Shown: one piece after another, positions 12,919 to 26,084 of the stretch | Position numbering within the stretch: position 1 is the stretch's first letter | Layout of the letters: every line of letters starts with the position of its first letter | Origin: Lama guanicoe | Taxonomy: Eukaryota | Direction: 5' to 3' | NCBI GenBank assembly: GCA_013239625.1 | Contig: MU054187.1 | Span: 13,424,974 to 13,488,973 of the forward strand | Length of the DNA: 64,000 nucleotides | Translations under genes and position numbers: made by a program | The notes under the pieces: model-generated | Seen by the model: only the letters and a program-made list of their open reading frames with translations | Databases searched by the model: none | Told to the model about the DNA's origin: nothing

Positions 12919-14990
12919 GGATGTGTTTTCCTGATTTTCTTTCAAAGGGCAGTAGTATTTTTCACTTGAAAGTGTTGTGCAGCACATTCTGGGACTAGCT
13001 CCTTGTCGTGGAACAGATAGTATCTAGCAAGAAGAACCAACTCCTGAATGTATTCATTTTACTTACACTGTAGCATCCTGTGAGGAAGGTGGACCGAGTT
13101 TTTCCCCAGTTTCCCCCCACCTTTCTGGGGCCCTGATTTATGTGGCTGCGCTGGTGGATGGGGCAGAACTCACAGGGAACTGAACTCCCTGCTCACTATC
13201 AGGACAAGAGATTGGTCTCTTATGTTCAGGGTGACTGTGTTCTAGAGGGACCCAAATGGCCTGCTCTTCGGAGAAGTAAACTCGAGGCGTACCTCCTGCC
13301 TTGCCTTAGGTTACTAAACCCCTAAACACACATCCCGGATGTACCGACCCCTCCATTAGCTTGCTTTGGGAAAGAGGGGCAGGTGGGCAAAAAATATACC
13401 TCTTCTTTTCCAAAAAGAGAGTGGTTGTTTGTACCTGGAATTTTAAGTCACTCTCGAGGCAATGTTAGAAATCATTTGCTTTCCTTAACCAACCAGGACA
13501 GCCCAGGATATGGTCTATACAGACAGTCACGACTAACCAGCATTAACAGATAATTTTGATAAATTGGGAAGGAATTTTCTCTCATATCACTTTTAAAGGG
13601 TTCAGATAACTCCAGAAGAGTGGATAGCTATTACCCAAGTGCTCTTTTGGATGGGTTAATTGAAGATGGTAGAAATAACTTATATAAATGTATTTTAAAA
13701 TAGCATTAAATAACTTTTTGTCTCATAGTTCCTGGTTTTTAAGCATTATAAAAAATCAATTCTTTCAATGCACCAGGAAGATGTCATAGTTATGGTATGG
13801 CACCTATATAGTTAAAGTTATAGAGGCGCCTCAATTTGGAAATAGAACTGGATCTAATAAAGCTCATAAATTCTGGTGCTATTTGGGTTCAACATACAGT
13901 CTATGATACATTAAGAAGATAAACACTTGGTTTAATTGTTCATTTCAGAAGCTGGTTGAGCTGTTTCTGCTACTGCTGTCAGCCTTTGGTAAAAACACAC
14001 ATACTCAGTCAAACTAACATGTGGGTGATTTATGGGTCTCAGCAGGTATTTATTTGAGAAGGAAATCACGGCGGGTCCTGGTTCACACTTGTATGTAGTT
14101 ATCCCAAAATTAGCTTACTGACTGCCTTTCAAAAATTATCCATGTGTAATACCAGTCTTTGCTTTGCTTTTAATGATAACCAGTGAAACTAAGACCTTCC
14201 ATTTTCCTGGTTTGGTAACCTGTAAGTTGCACCATAGGCTCGGTTTCAGGAAGCCAAAATCTCAAATGAAAACTAAAGATACAATGAACTCCCTATTTGT
14301 GGATTTGCAGCAGACAGAGGCCAGTGCAGTTTTAAACTAGACTTTAAGGCTAGATCTCCCCCATAGGAAGCTGTGAATACCCCTGATAAACCTGTGTCCA
14401 AATAGGGAGGGAGCGAGAGAGAGTCAGAGAGATAAGAAGAAAGGAAGAAAGGAGAGAGGGAAGGAAGGTAAGAAGAACAAATGAATAAACTTGGGTCTTT
14501 TCAGGATTTTGTGCTAGTTAGGGTTTCTTTTAGTATTTGTTTAAAAAGCAGTGTTTAAGAATTGCATACTATTCCTAACCTAGCATGTTCTTCATTCTGT
14601 TTTAGTTCTGTCTAATGGCTTCTTCCACCTCGAAGGTATTCATCCTCTTCGTAGGCCACCTTCCATCCCTCACTTTCTTCCTTTTCTTATTCTCCTCTTA
14701 GGACTTTCTTTCTAAATGTTCTTTTCATGCTTTTCCCTTCTTTGTTCTCTATGAAAAGAGTAAAAATGTCCTCAAGAGTTTCACACATGACCAAATTCTT
14801 AAGCATCACATACATTTTTGTTGTTGATTTTTATAAAATTGTTTTTCATGTGCTATTAATTTAATATAAAAATGGCAGGACTATCGCTTATTTGGAATAT
14901 TATATTTAACCATTAGGAACTGGGAATTTCTGTGAAAAACCCCAAAGAAAAGGAAAGATCCTGAAAGTTCTTGTGGGAACCCAGATTACC

Positions 14991-15072
14991 ATGTATGTAT
15001 GTGTGTATGTACGTGTGTATATGTGTGTGTATGTGTGTATGTATGTATGTGTGTATGTGTGTATGTGTGTAT
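14991..15072. repeat. (TG)n/(TATG)n compound microsatellite
   Basis: atgtatgtatgtgtgtatgtacgtgtgt... Confidence 0.9.
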
Positions 15073-15604
15073 TTATTGGGCTTTGTGATATTCCCTGGAG
15101 GTGTCAGGTACTCAGTCAGAAAACATAAATGGGGAAGCAACTGAAGTCCATGCCCTAAACTGTACCCGTTCTGGTGAGTTTAAATTGAAGGGACAGGACG
15201 AGTCTCAGGAGGAGAGGCCCAGATGCCTCAAATCCACTGTTGATCATTCCTGCTTCTGGCACTGCACCAAGCACGTCTCTGGGGTAGGGTTTCACCACTG
15301 CACACTCAGGAAGATGAAGAACTAGGAAAGGACAGCCTCCTTAGATGATGTTCCACCAGCCATGCCAGTCTGGATGGAAAGGGGTTGGATAATCGAGTGT
15401 CCAAGGGCAGCTCCTCAATCAGCACCCACCACCACTTTTATTAACTGTTTACACACAAAACTTTTGAACTGCCCTGGTATCAAAGGACCCCAGTCCTGGT
15501 GCTTTGGCTGTTCTGCCTATTTCTAGGGAATTGATGGCAATGATTATACGAAGACAATACAGGGTGATGAGAGAGAAAATGAAGTGATTTCCTCCAGTTT
15601 ATCC

Positions 15605-15778
15605 TTTTTTTTAAATTGAAGTATAGTTGATTTATAATGCTGTGTTAGTGTCTGGTGTACAGCATAGTGATTCAGTTATACATCTATATTATTTTTCGTA
15701 TTCTTTTTTATTCTAGGTTATTTCAGGCTATTGAATATAGTTCCCCATGCTATATGGTGGGACCTTGTTGTTTATCTG
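15605..15778 (-). mobile_element. 5'-truncated artiodactyl L1 3' end
   Basis: Poly-T then aattgaagtatagttgatttataatg...tattgaatatagttccccatgctatatggtgggaccttgttgtttatc. Confidence 0.85.
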
Positions 15779-16399
15779 CTCTACTACTTGCAGCTCCCTT
15801 CTGCCCCAGGCTGCAGTTGCAGGCTCCCACCCACATCAATTTAAGACAACGTGCAGTTTTAACAAGAGGTTACCATGGTCTTTTCTTGTGGCTGTTTCGG
15901 TTATTTCTAGTCCTGGAACCCAAGCTTCTCTTTAGTTTCTGTAGTTTCTGCAAGTTTGATTTTGAGGAAGAAGCTAGCTGTGTATTCACCATCTTGACAG
16001 TGACAAGAAGACGTGGAAGAGTTTCTAACTTGTACTCTGAGGAAGGCCTCTTTTTATATGCTGCCCGATCTCATTTACTCACTGAAAAAGTATCTTTACA
16101 CTTAGTAGCTGGGGAAATACTAGGTATGCCCTCAACATTCTTATTGAACCTTCAGAATTCCACAATAGCTAGATAATGATTGTTGATTTTCTAACATTTA
16201 AAAACATTAGGAATTTTTTCATATGCTGTAATTTGATATTTGGCTAAATAGCATGTGATTAGACTAATGAAAATCATATTAATTTTCTATGTTTAATTAT
16301 TATTACCTATTTTGTATTGGCTTATTATTTAAATCATTTGTGACTGCTGCATAATTAGCAAGAAAGAGCCAGCTCGGTCAAGTCAATGATAGATAATAA

Positions 16400-17469
16400 A
16401 TAATCTCTACTTTGTCCAGAACTATTAAAATGACTGTGTGAGCTGAAACTATGCAAAGCAGTGTTAATAATCAATAGGAAGAAGTTATGATTGTTCTGTG
16501 ACCTTTAAAATTTTTTGTCAAACATTAAAAACTCTCTTACTGTAAGTTATAAATAAATAGTAAAATAAAATATAGTAAAACTAATATTTCTTTAGTATAC
16601 TGTAATTTAAAGTCTTGGAAACATTACAGATTAAAGTTATACCTTTGCAAAAAACTTATCAAGAGTGGTTTGCAGAATGCTTGCCTTCTCATCATATAAT
16701 TTACAATATGAGTGAGCATTTTCCCTGTGCTTCAGTGAACCGTCATGCTCCTTTCTAAGTTTGGGTCAGCTTCTAGCACCTTTGCACTTCCAGTGTTGTG
16801 AAATATCTCTAGGAGCTTATTTAATATGGAGATTTTGAATAGCATCAGTCCTTCTGTGATATCTTTATCTTTTTCATCACAACTTTCCTCATTAATGTCA
16901 GTAACTCCATCTTCACTGTTTTCTTCTGGTTGCATGTCCAGAGTCTCGAACAGGGGCAGGATCAACCTTCCCATGATCAGCTATTTCTTCTCTAACTCCC
17001 TTTACATTCAATTCAAATTTCACTTCTAGCATTGTCACCTCTTGGTTTTTGTTTGTTTGTTTGTTTGTTTGTTTGTTTCACTAACATATTCTTTAGCCAT
17101 TTACCTCTTCTGATTATTCATTTATGAAATGTCATACAGGACTGTCACTAGGAGACAAGGAGATGATACAAATGCTTGCTTTGCTCTCTGTGCATGAACT
17201 TTATAACTGACACACCGTGACCAATCACCAACAGACTTTGAAAGAAGTGATGTGATTGGACATTGATCAGGTGTGCATCTATTACGTATGTAGTGATCTG
17301 TGAACTAAAGAGCTAGTAGCCAAGTTTGTACTTTATGCAATTTACACACAGTTAATATAACGTGGTAACTGAAATTTAAGCCATATTGTTTTAGGACTGT
17401 TGTTACTTAGCTGAATCATGATAACTGAAATCCATGCATTTTGAAACAGTGTAAAATGAGGATGGCCTG
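16400..17469 (-). mobile_element. Tigger13a-like DNA transposon with transposase remnant; (GTTT)n inside at ~17045-17078
   Basis: Minus-strand terminus caggccatcctcattttacactg...tttcagttatcatg; ORF 16732-16974 (TLDMQPEE...DEKD...LEADPNLERSM) resembles the acidic Tigger transposase C-terminus. Confidence 0.75.
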
Positions 17470-17512
17470 TCTATGTTTTATAACAAAGCCAGTCATTTGA
17501 CAACTGGTTGAG

Positions 17513-17928
17513 TGTGGTGGCCATGCAAATATGCCAGTCACTTCTCTTCTAAGGGAAGTGCTTGCTGGATGGCTCCAGGTGCTAAGCTCTGAACCTACCA
17601 CTGTGTTCCCACCAGGGCCATGCTTCCTATGAGCTACTCCTAGCCAGTGATTGACTATGGCACAGATAAAAACATCCATTCCTGCCAGATGGGCGACTCT
17701 GGCCCAAGGACTCCCTGTTGGCCTAGCTGAACCTCTTCAGAACTGCTCTGCAGTATGTGACTCTTCCCACCCAACCCTCCTCTCTTCCCTCCGTCCTTCA
17801 GAGAGGCCACATCTGCACTGTTGTCCAAAGATTCTCGCCACTCCTCCAGCTCTTTCCCTTGCAGATGTTTCCCTCAATAAATCTCTCGTACATCTAATCT
17901 GCTTCTCACAGGTCCTAAACTAATAACA
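17513..17928 (+). mobile_element. LTR16-like ERVL LTR
   Basis: TG...CA ends; ccctcaataaatctctcgtacatctaat...cctaaactaataaca terminus typical of LTR16. Confidence 0.7.
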
Positions 17929-18600
17929 AGTAATCCTGAGAGTGGTCCCCAAAAAACAAGGATCATATGGAGATTTGGGTCTGTCACCACATGGCAGGTG
18001 AAGAGAATGCCATCATGAGTGGTATGGAGGGTCCAAATAGTCCCTTGTTTCAGATTTCACAGATGGAGAGCTGGGAAAATGTCCAGATGAAATAGAAGGT
18101 TTACAGATGTGATGCTCTGGTATCTAGGAGAAAATCTACAAAGGCAAGTAGAGTTGGGTACCTGTATAGATGCCCCACAGAAGGAGGATGAGAAATTAAG
18201 GACCATTAACACACAGTTTTAGGCACACAGAAAAGTCCTTCTTTCCTGTACTTGAAGAGCAGAGGCAGCTGAACAGCAGAATGATGATCTGATGGAGTCA
18301 CAGAGCTCCATGAATGCTTGGCCAAGCAAGTCTGCTGTGTTAAGGGTAGCTTTGGTTAGGAGAATCTGGTACCCCGAAACATGAGTTGGGGACATCTAGG
18401 TGATTGCCCCTGAGGATTCTGGCTCTACTGAACCACTCTGAAATTGCAGAGTTTGTGGCAGTGGCCCACCCTTCCCTGGAACAAGCTAGCCCTCCCAGGG
18501 CTGAAAGGAACTGGGGACCCCACTCCCCAGAGGCAACAGGTGCCCCTCAGGAGCTGCCTCACCTGCTCCTCTGGCTGCTAGGCTGGTAACTAACCAGTTG
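17929..18600 (+). mobile_element. ERVL internal (ERV3-16A3-like) leader/gag relic
   Basis: Directly follows the LTR; degenerate PBS-like agtaatcctgagagtggtcc; purine-rich gag-like sequence. Confidence 0.5.
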
Positions 18601-18619
18601 TTGACCTTGTGGTATTTTC

Positions 18620-19960
18620 TATCTGGTAGGAAAGACAGAAAAGAATGATAATACCTGGGTCTGTGGACTACAAAAGGGGGGTGGTATCTAATTCAGTCTC
18701 CTTTTTTTTTTTAACTTTTTTTTTATTTAGTTATAGTCAGTTTACAATGTTGTGTCCGTCTCTGGTGTACAGCACAATTTTTCTCTAATTCAGTCTTGAC
18801 CAAAGGAGGGACAGAGAGAATATAGAGACTGATCAGAGAAGGTCAGGCAAAAAGTGGGGATGTGAACCTTGGTGGGAGAGGAGAATTGATGAGGGAGAGG
18901 AGGGGAAGGAGAAGGGGAATTTTGCACAAGAGGCAGGGCGCCAGTAGAGATATGGAGGCCTTGGAAAGCAGGGCATATCTGGGAGATGAAATTTGTTCAG
19001 AAGAGCTGAAGAGTATGGGCTCAGAGGAGCAGGGAGAGGTGAGAAAGAGAGGGTGACAAGTGCCTTGTATGCTTTGATAAAAGCTCTAGCTTTTGTGGTG
19101 AAGGTTATAAGTAACCCCAGGAGAATTTCACCTGGGGATGAGTGTGAATTGTGTGATGATTTTTGCATTTATGAAGGATGACTCTGGTGGCTGTATTGGA
19201 GACAGACTGGAGGGGTGATAGATTTAAATGAGGATTAAAGGAAGAGGCTGGGAGCAAGGAGGTGCCTTAGGAGGCCATTACAGGAATCCATGTGAGAAAA
19301 TAATGGGAGTTTGAACAAAGACAGAGGCAGGGAGAGGGAGATAAGATGCATTTCAGAAAGACATAGAAGTAGAAAGAATAGGACTTGGTGACTGGATGTG
19401 ATGTGAAGACAGACAGGATAGAATGGTCCTCAGGCTTCTCGCTTGGGTGACTAGATGGAAGGCTCAAGGTGACACATTCCCTCAAGTAGGCAAAAAAAAA
19501 AAAAAGGAGGAACAGGTTTTGGAGAAAGCCAAGAGTTTAGCTTTTGGACATGTTGAGTTTGAACTGCTAGTTGGATGTCCCAGTGGAAATATCTAGGCGA
19601 CAAATAGATATATAGAGATTTGCATTCAGGATAGAGATGTGGGAGGTATATACTTGCCTATCTATACACACACATTCTCATTAATGTTATAGATATACAC
19701 TATTATATTTGTGTGGCTCATATATATTATATATAATATATATGAGCATATATGTGTATGTGTGTATCTATAAGTGTATATATGTATGTGTATATGTATA
19801 AACCATCACATATATAGCATATTTGAAGCCAAAGAATTGTTCAGATGGTCTGGGAGAATGTATAGAAAAGAAAAAGTGAGCCTGAGACTGTGGTCCTGGA
19901 GAACTGGAAGATGGAAGTGTGGGGAGAAGAAAAGATTTCCCTAAACGTGGCTGAGAAACA
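18620..19960 (-). mobile_element. L2 fragment interrupted by a short L1 tail and a TA/TG-rich tract (~19650-19815)
   Basis: ggacttggtgactggatgtg...ttttggacatgttgagtttgaa...ccagtggaaatatctagg. Confidence 0.75.
18700..18783 (-). mobile_element. Very short 5'-truncated camelid-type L1 insertion with 13-bp TSD
   Basis: TSD tctaattcagtct at 18687-18699 and 18784-18796; poly-T then ttatagtcagtttacaatgttgtg. Confidence 0.9.
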
Positions 19961-20439
19961 CTGGGCAGGCTGCAGAGACGGAAAAGCGTTGGGGAGGCAA
20001 AAGGGAGGGTTCCCTGGAGCCCTGAGGGAAGGGGACGTCCACCTGGTCAGTAGCACTGATGTGGCACGTGAGATAAGCAGTACCATTCACTATGTTACTA
20101 CAAAGTGTTGGCAGCCGTCCGGTGCACTTTGTATATGGATACTCCTGGATTCGTACGACCCCCCAAAACAAATCACAGTGAAGAAAGCAGAGTCCGTGAA
20201 GTTAAGAGCTATGCCTAGGATCACAAGACTTCAGTGCTAGGGCTTGGGTGTGAGCCCACATCAAAGCTTGTGCTCGCTTCATAACATTATGTTGTCTCTA
20301 GACAAGAGAGCGGTTTCTACAGAGTGATGTAAACAGTGGTAGAGATACCAGTTGAAGTGGTGCACAAATTGTAGCAATGGGTATGCAGTCACCCAGCTTA
20401 CCAAAGAGGTGGTAAGTACCACAGTGATGATGGAGCCAA

Positions 20440-20620
20440 CAATGGTCCTTTGAAACACGCTGCAGCCTGACTATGTGACTGTTTACTCGGTGCCTGCATC
20501 TCCCCACTGGCATGTAAAACCCAGGAGGGCAAGGACTGTGTCTGTTTTCACTCACAATTTTATCCCTGAAGCCCGGCACATAGGAGTTGAGTGAATACTT
20601 GTTTTATGAATGACTAAACT
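20440..20620 (+). mobile_element. L2 3' terminus
   Basis: gagggcaaggactgtgtctgttttcactc...cccggcacataggagttgagtgaatacttg. Confidence 0.75.
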
Positions 20621-20739
20621 GCAGTTGAATCATTTATTTTTGGCCATTCTCATTATTGATTTATAGACCGTAGATTTGTGTCGATTTGGCTGCATAGTTC
20701 AATTTGGTTATTAGGATGATCAGTTTTTTTTAAATCATT

Positions 20740-21290
20740 TTATTAGTATCCTGTGGCTGCTGTAACAAATTACTACAATCTTGGTGACTTAAAACAACAG
20801 AAATTTATTCTTTCACAGTTTTGGAGGCCAGAAGTCCAAAGTCAAGTGTCAGCGGGGATGAGTTTCCTCCAAAGGCTCTGGGGATGTTCAGTTTCTTGTC
20901 TCTTCCTGCCAACTTCTGGTAGCTCCAAGTGCTTCTTGGCTTATGACTGCATCATTCCTACCACTGCCTCTGTGGTCACATCCCTTTCTCCTCTGTGTGT
21001 CTGGCTCAGCGCTGCATCACTCTAGTCTCCACATCTGTCTTCGCACGGCCTCCTTCTCTTCTGTCCATGTGTTTTCTTTTGTGTGTTTCTTTTAAGGATT
21101 CTTGCCATTAGATTTAGCGCCTACCCAGATAGTCCTCTTAATTACCTCTGAAAAGACTCTTATTTGTAATAAGTTAACACTCACAGGCCCTGTGGATGTT
21201 TATGTGGGAATATCTTTTGGGGACACAGGCCCTGCGGATGTTTATGTGGGAATATCTTTTGGGGAGGCACCATTCGATCCACTACAACCA
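20740..21290 (-). mobile_element. MLT1 (MaLR) solo LTR, MLT1D/E-like
   Basis: ggctgctgtaacaaattactacaatcttggtgacttaaaacaacagaaatttattct...ggaggccagaagtccaaa. Confidence 0.85.
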
Positions 21291-23389
21291 TGAAAGGAGA
21301 AAAATTTCCTATTTCAAGTGTCCCGGTCCCAGAGACTTACCTCACTGTAGCATCATATATGCACCAGGTAGTTATCCTTGTTTTATTTTACTTGGCAGCA
21401 GCAGTGAGGTTGTTAATTTTCAATGAAAACACTGACAACATAAACTTTACTTTTGTGATTAGGTGGAATTAGGAATGTAAATACACTTGTGATTCGTCCC
21501 CTTAAAATGTTTGTGGAAGTTTGTAGGTGGTTTAGAAAATTCAGCAAGTTGAATTCACTGGATGTTCATTCTGAATCCTGGTTCTTAGGAAGACATTTTT
21601 CAATAGGAAGGCCAGCTTTTAGCTTCCATTTTCAGTAGTTCTTTTCCAGTCAACATTCTAAGAATTGAAAGAGAATGACTACAGAAAGCTTCTTGCAGAG
21701 GCTCAGAAGCCAATGGGAAATAATAAATCAAAAAAAAAAAGATTTGAAAAATGTCGTAAAAAATTTAAGTTTGCAGAGGAAGGGCGACTTTGTTACAAAA
21801 ATTTTTTAAAGAACAACTAACTTACCGGTTGCCCTTGAAGCCAAAGAGCTCTGATTGAAAACTTGACTTTATGAAAGGCTGGGCTGACGGAAGATAAAGC
21901 CACTGATGTTATCTCTGGGTGATTTATTTCCTTTTTTCCTAGAAATGAGAATCTAGGCATTTGGGGAGTACTTGCTTTGTTCTGTTCTATTCTCCTCTCC
22001 TTCGTGAGACAGCAAATAGCGCTAAGAAGTTGATTCCATTAAGTAGCTGCATAAAAGATTGACATTTATGCTCAGTATTGTTACGGCCGTTATTTGGTGC
22101 TTCCAACTTGGAGATCCAAAGCAGCACAATGAGAGATTTTGTCTGGAAAACATGGATTTGGGGTTATTTGGGACGTAGGGAAGTGGATCAGGCCCCTAGT
22201 TTTCTTAAGAGTGGGATTAAATGTTATTTTTATATGTTTTTATTTAGGGAAATTTAAAATGGAATTGATGAGATCTGAAAATGTCATTTAATGACTGGGC
22301 AGGATCTGAATGATCAACGGAAAACGGTTTTGTCACTATTCCAAGTGAATTCTCTATGAATCCCCCTAATATGCCCAAGTCCAGATGCTTCTTAAAAGCC
22401 ATCAGTATAATGAATTAGATGGAAATATGAATCCTTCATCTGGTGTATTTTGACCCCAGCTGGTAACAGGACTGTGACCCGAGGCAAGAATTTCCAGAAG
22501 TACTAAAGGCAGTTGGAATAGCAGCAACAGATATTAGTCTCAGCTATCATGATATCAGATTTTCATTCTCCTCCAGCCTGGTGCTGCATGAAGAACACAG
22601 GCAGTCCTGTGAGATACTTCTCAGGCCTGGAGCTTTTGTGTCCGGATCCCCAGAATCTAAATCTCTCCTTGCATAACAAAAAGAGAACCTGGAAAATATG
22701 TTGAGGAATGAGAATTGGGATAACAAACGTCCAGTTTGTCAGGGATTTGTCCAATGTGGCTAACAGCGTAGTGCATGGGCAATAAAGCCAGACCAGCGCT
22801 GGGTCACAAAGGGAGAATTAAAAGACGACCAGCAGCTGTTCCCATCTCTCCTGAGACCACAGAGGAAATGGGTTTACACCGGAGCAAGAGGGATTTAGGT
22901 TGGTATATGAAAGGATTTCTGACTCAAGGTAATGCTTTCTCACGAACAGCACAATCGCATCTCCCACTTCTGTTACTTAAAAACACACAGATTCTGGTGT
23001 CTTCCAAAGTGGATTAGAGACCAGAGCCCCCCACAGTCCCAGAGGCCCACAGGATGGCTCTTTTTAATATTTCAATAAGCCCAATGATATAAACATTTAA
23101 ACACAAGAAGTCAAATAGACGACTAATAAGAATATCTTTTTGAAAGTTCTTTGATTGAAATTGTATCAGCTCAGTATTATCCCATGTTGGTCAGATGCTC
23201 TTATTTTAATAAATGTTTCCTATGACTGCAAGTGGAGAATTAGTTGTTACTTAAACTCTATAATTTGTTTGCTGCTCAAAATTCTATCAAAACTTGGGTC
23301 CAATGAGAAAAATAAAAAATTAAAAAGAGATCCTTGGTGGTGAGAAGGCAGCAGTCCATTTCTTTAGAAGAGAAACCAGAATGTGTTAA

Positions 23390-23560
23390 TAAACTAGGTT
23401 TAGGGTTCAGCTACCTTTGGGTTAGAAGTCTAACTCTTTACTCACTGTCCAAAGGCATTTTCTGTAGCCTTGCTAATAAGCCTTTCCTTTGCTCATTCTA
23501 AAATAATGATACTCAACTTGTAGATTGATTGTGAATATCACATGAGAAAATATGTACAAA
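23390..23560 (+). mobile_element. MIR SINE relic
   Basis: ctcattctaaaataatgatactcaacttgtagattgattgtgaatatcacatgagaaaatatg resembles the MIR core. Confidence 0.45.
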
Positions 23561-25716
23561 AATAGACTAGAAGTTCTCTGGTTCTGAAGAAGGTGGAAGC
23601 ACAGAAATAAATTTTCTAGGAAGAAAATCAAAATATCCGTGGAGCCAAAGAAGACATTTCACCAAGTGGGCTTAAACATGGCAGTCGTGTGACTGTTGCC
23701 TCTGAAACACACATGCTTGTCTGTTTGTTTTTCTTCACTACGTCAATGGAAAGGACCCCCTTGCAGAAACACAAGCAATAATAAGAATGAAGAGCTTTTA
23801 CAAGTGACAGTGATTTTATTTATTTTTTGCTGTCTCTGCCTTCTCAGTTATTGGTAATTTTGTTAATGTGGTTTCAATGCAATTGATTATATATCCAGCT
23901 CATTTATTATTTATAGGATTTATGTGTTGTTATTCCCTCACTGACTTCTCAAGGTTTAAATATTCTTTAACCCATTGGAAAATAAATATGATGTCATTCT
24001 TAGGTGCTGCTCTCCGAGTTTCCCATTCTCTTTTGGATTGTGCTGACAGCTCACTCTTAGAGAGGAGGTGGCTGGGAACTCAAGTCTGTGTTGAGCCACA
24101 TCCTTTGATGGCTGTCTTGCTTCTCTTACTCAAGCCTTTCCCACTTTAAGGCTTACCCAGGTGCTTTTCTGGCAAGGCTGAATAAGAGCAGAGGCCTCAG
24201 CTCCTTCTGGAAAGGACACAGGGTGCAGTTGGGGGACTGCCTATACATGGTGGAAGTTTTGGAGGCAGAGGAAGATCCAGAGAGGATGTCAGTGTGGCTC
24301 TCCTGGGGGTTTCAACAGCTGGTTTCCAAGGAGCATGTCACTTGGAACTTCTCTTTCTGCTTTCCTTTGGCAGTTTACCACCAGGGCCATCAGCCATATA
24401 TTTAATCTCTTTTTTATTTTATCTAAAAAAGTGAACATCTTCTGAGCTTTCTAAATATGGATAATTCAAAAGTAGACTCTCGTGGTTTGGGTAAGGTAGA
24501 TACGTGGCTCTGAAGAGTTTTGGTCCATGGCAAGATTGATTTATACGCTTTTTTTTTTTAAGTAACAACATCTCTAATTTTTTTAAGTAACAAAAAGGGA
24601 CTCTCTAATCTGAAATGTTGAATGCTTTTTTTTTTAAGGAAATCAGAAAATAAGAGTGTGGCTGCAAATGGTGATCAAGTTTGAATAGGATAATCTTTTG
24701 AGGCAAAGTTACCTCAAAGGTTAGAGTGTTTTTCTTAAAAGATTCCATAGGAATTATGAAATGCATCATGTCCCTGGATTAGACAAGAATTCCTGAGAGG
24801 CTGAAATGTTCCTCCTCAGAAGGAGAAACACTTGAGCTGTGTGTTCTCCCTGCGGAGCTGGCACATCCATTACAAATCCAACCGTGGACTCAACGGCCGA
24901 GACTGTCAGCACGGTCAGAGTTCATCTTCCTGCGGGGACTTGTCTCGAAATGCAATTAGTAGGACATTTGTAGACATCTTTTCAGTGTATGGTTACAGAG
25001 TGGGGGGTCATCTCGACCTGGAGGATGGCAACCACAAGGCCCTCTGCTGTTCTTTTCTGAAGAGAACAAAGATATCTCTCTCTCTTTTTTTTTTTGCCAC
25101 ATTTAACGTTTAAATACACTTAGCCAGAAAGCTCCTAAATGCCCTGTCCCCACCACCATTTACCAAGATGCTTCCCCACACGCTACGTGGTCAGCGGCAC
25201 AAACTCCCTCCAGGCTCCTCACCCACGCTTTGGAGAGCCTCTGTTGTATTTTTTTTGCTGTCTTTTTTTCTCACTTCTGATGTGGATGAAAGTCTGCACT
25301 CACAGCTCTTTCCAATAGTTTAAGGATATTTGATCCTTCAGTATTTATCCATTATTGGCTCTGTTTACCCAAGGGAAAATTAAGTGCAGGGCCTTAGAAC
25401 ACTGAGCGCTTTAATACGCGGATGCATATGCTGATCTCTGACAGATGTTGGTCTTTGGGAACAACAGAAGGGAAGCTACGTCATTTGCTTGGGAAGCTGC
25501 TTGAGCAAACTGACTGATCCTGCAGGTGCCCGGGCAGCGTGGGGTGAGCAGCCCGCAATGCTGAGAAAAATGTCTGGTGCAGGGACAACTCCCGAAATAT
25601 TACGGTTTTTCACACACACACCCCAGCCAGCTGGCAGGGGATTCTGAACAGTGCCTTGTAGGAAAAATAGTGGCTCTAAGAAGTTTTGATTTTGAGTCTA
25701 TATTAGTGGGCTTTAA

Positions 25717-25838
25717 TTTGAATGGGGGGGCTTAGTAATTAGATTTGTTTGTTTGTTTATGTATGTATTTAATGGAGATACTGGGGATTGAGCCTGTGAT
25801 AAGCCTGCCCTCTACCACTGAGCTGTACCCTACCCCCC
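25717..25838 (-). mobile_element. tRNA-derived Vic-1-like camelid SINE (internally deleted)
   Basis: tactggggattgagcc...ctctaccactgagctgtaccc; 14-bp TSD ttagtgggctttaa at 25703-25716 and 25842-25855. Confidence 0.85.
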
Positions 25839-25920
25839 ATCTTAGTGGGCTTTAAAATTTCACTGTTTTATTTCTGTAAAAAGAAAAATCTTATTTGTAT
25901 TTGTCACTAGATAGTCTGAC

Positions 25921-26084
25921 TTTTTTTAAATTTTATTTTTTTTAGTTTTTTTGGGGGGGGTTGGGGGAGATAATTAGCTTTATTTATTTATTTACTTTTT
26001 TTTTTAGAGGATGTACTGGGGATTGAACCTAGGACCTTGTGCTTTGTAAGCATGTGCTCTACTTTGAGCTATACCTTCACCCCC
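25921..26084 (-). mobile_element. tRNA-derived Vic-1-like camelid SINE
   Basis: Pol III B box GGTTCAATCC (minus, 26020-26029), A-box-like TAGCTCAAAGTAG, poly-A tail, imperfect TSD gatagtctgactt/gataagctgactt. Confidence 0.88.

Noticed and set aside
15655..16176. Longest ORF (173 aa)
   Set aside because: It starts at a GTG inside an antisense L1 tail, has a Leu/Phe/Cys-rich random composition, and shows no recognisable domain
21182..21265. CRISPR-like repeat
   Set aside because: Two abutting copies with no spacer in mammalian LTR DNA; no cas genes
25990..26084. tRNA gene
   Set aside because: The A/B boxes belong to a SINE with a poly-A tail and TSD; no cloverleaf
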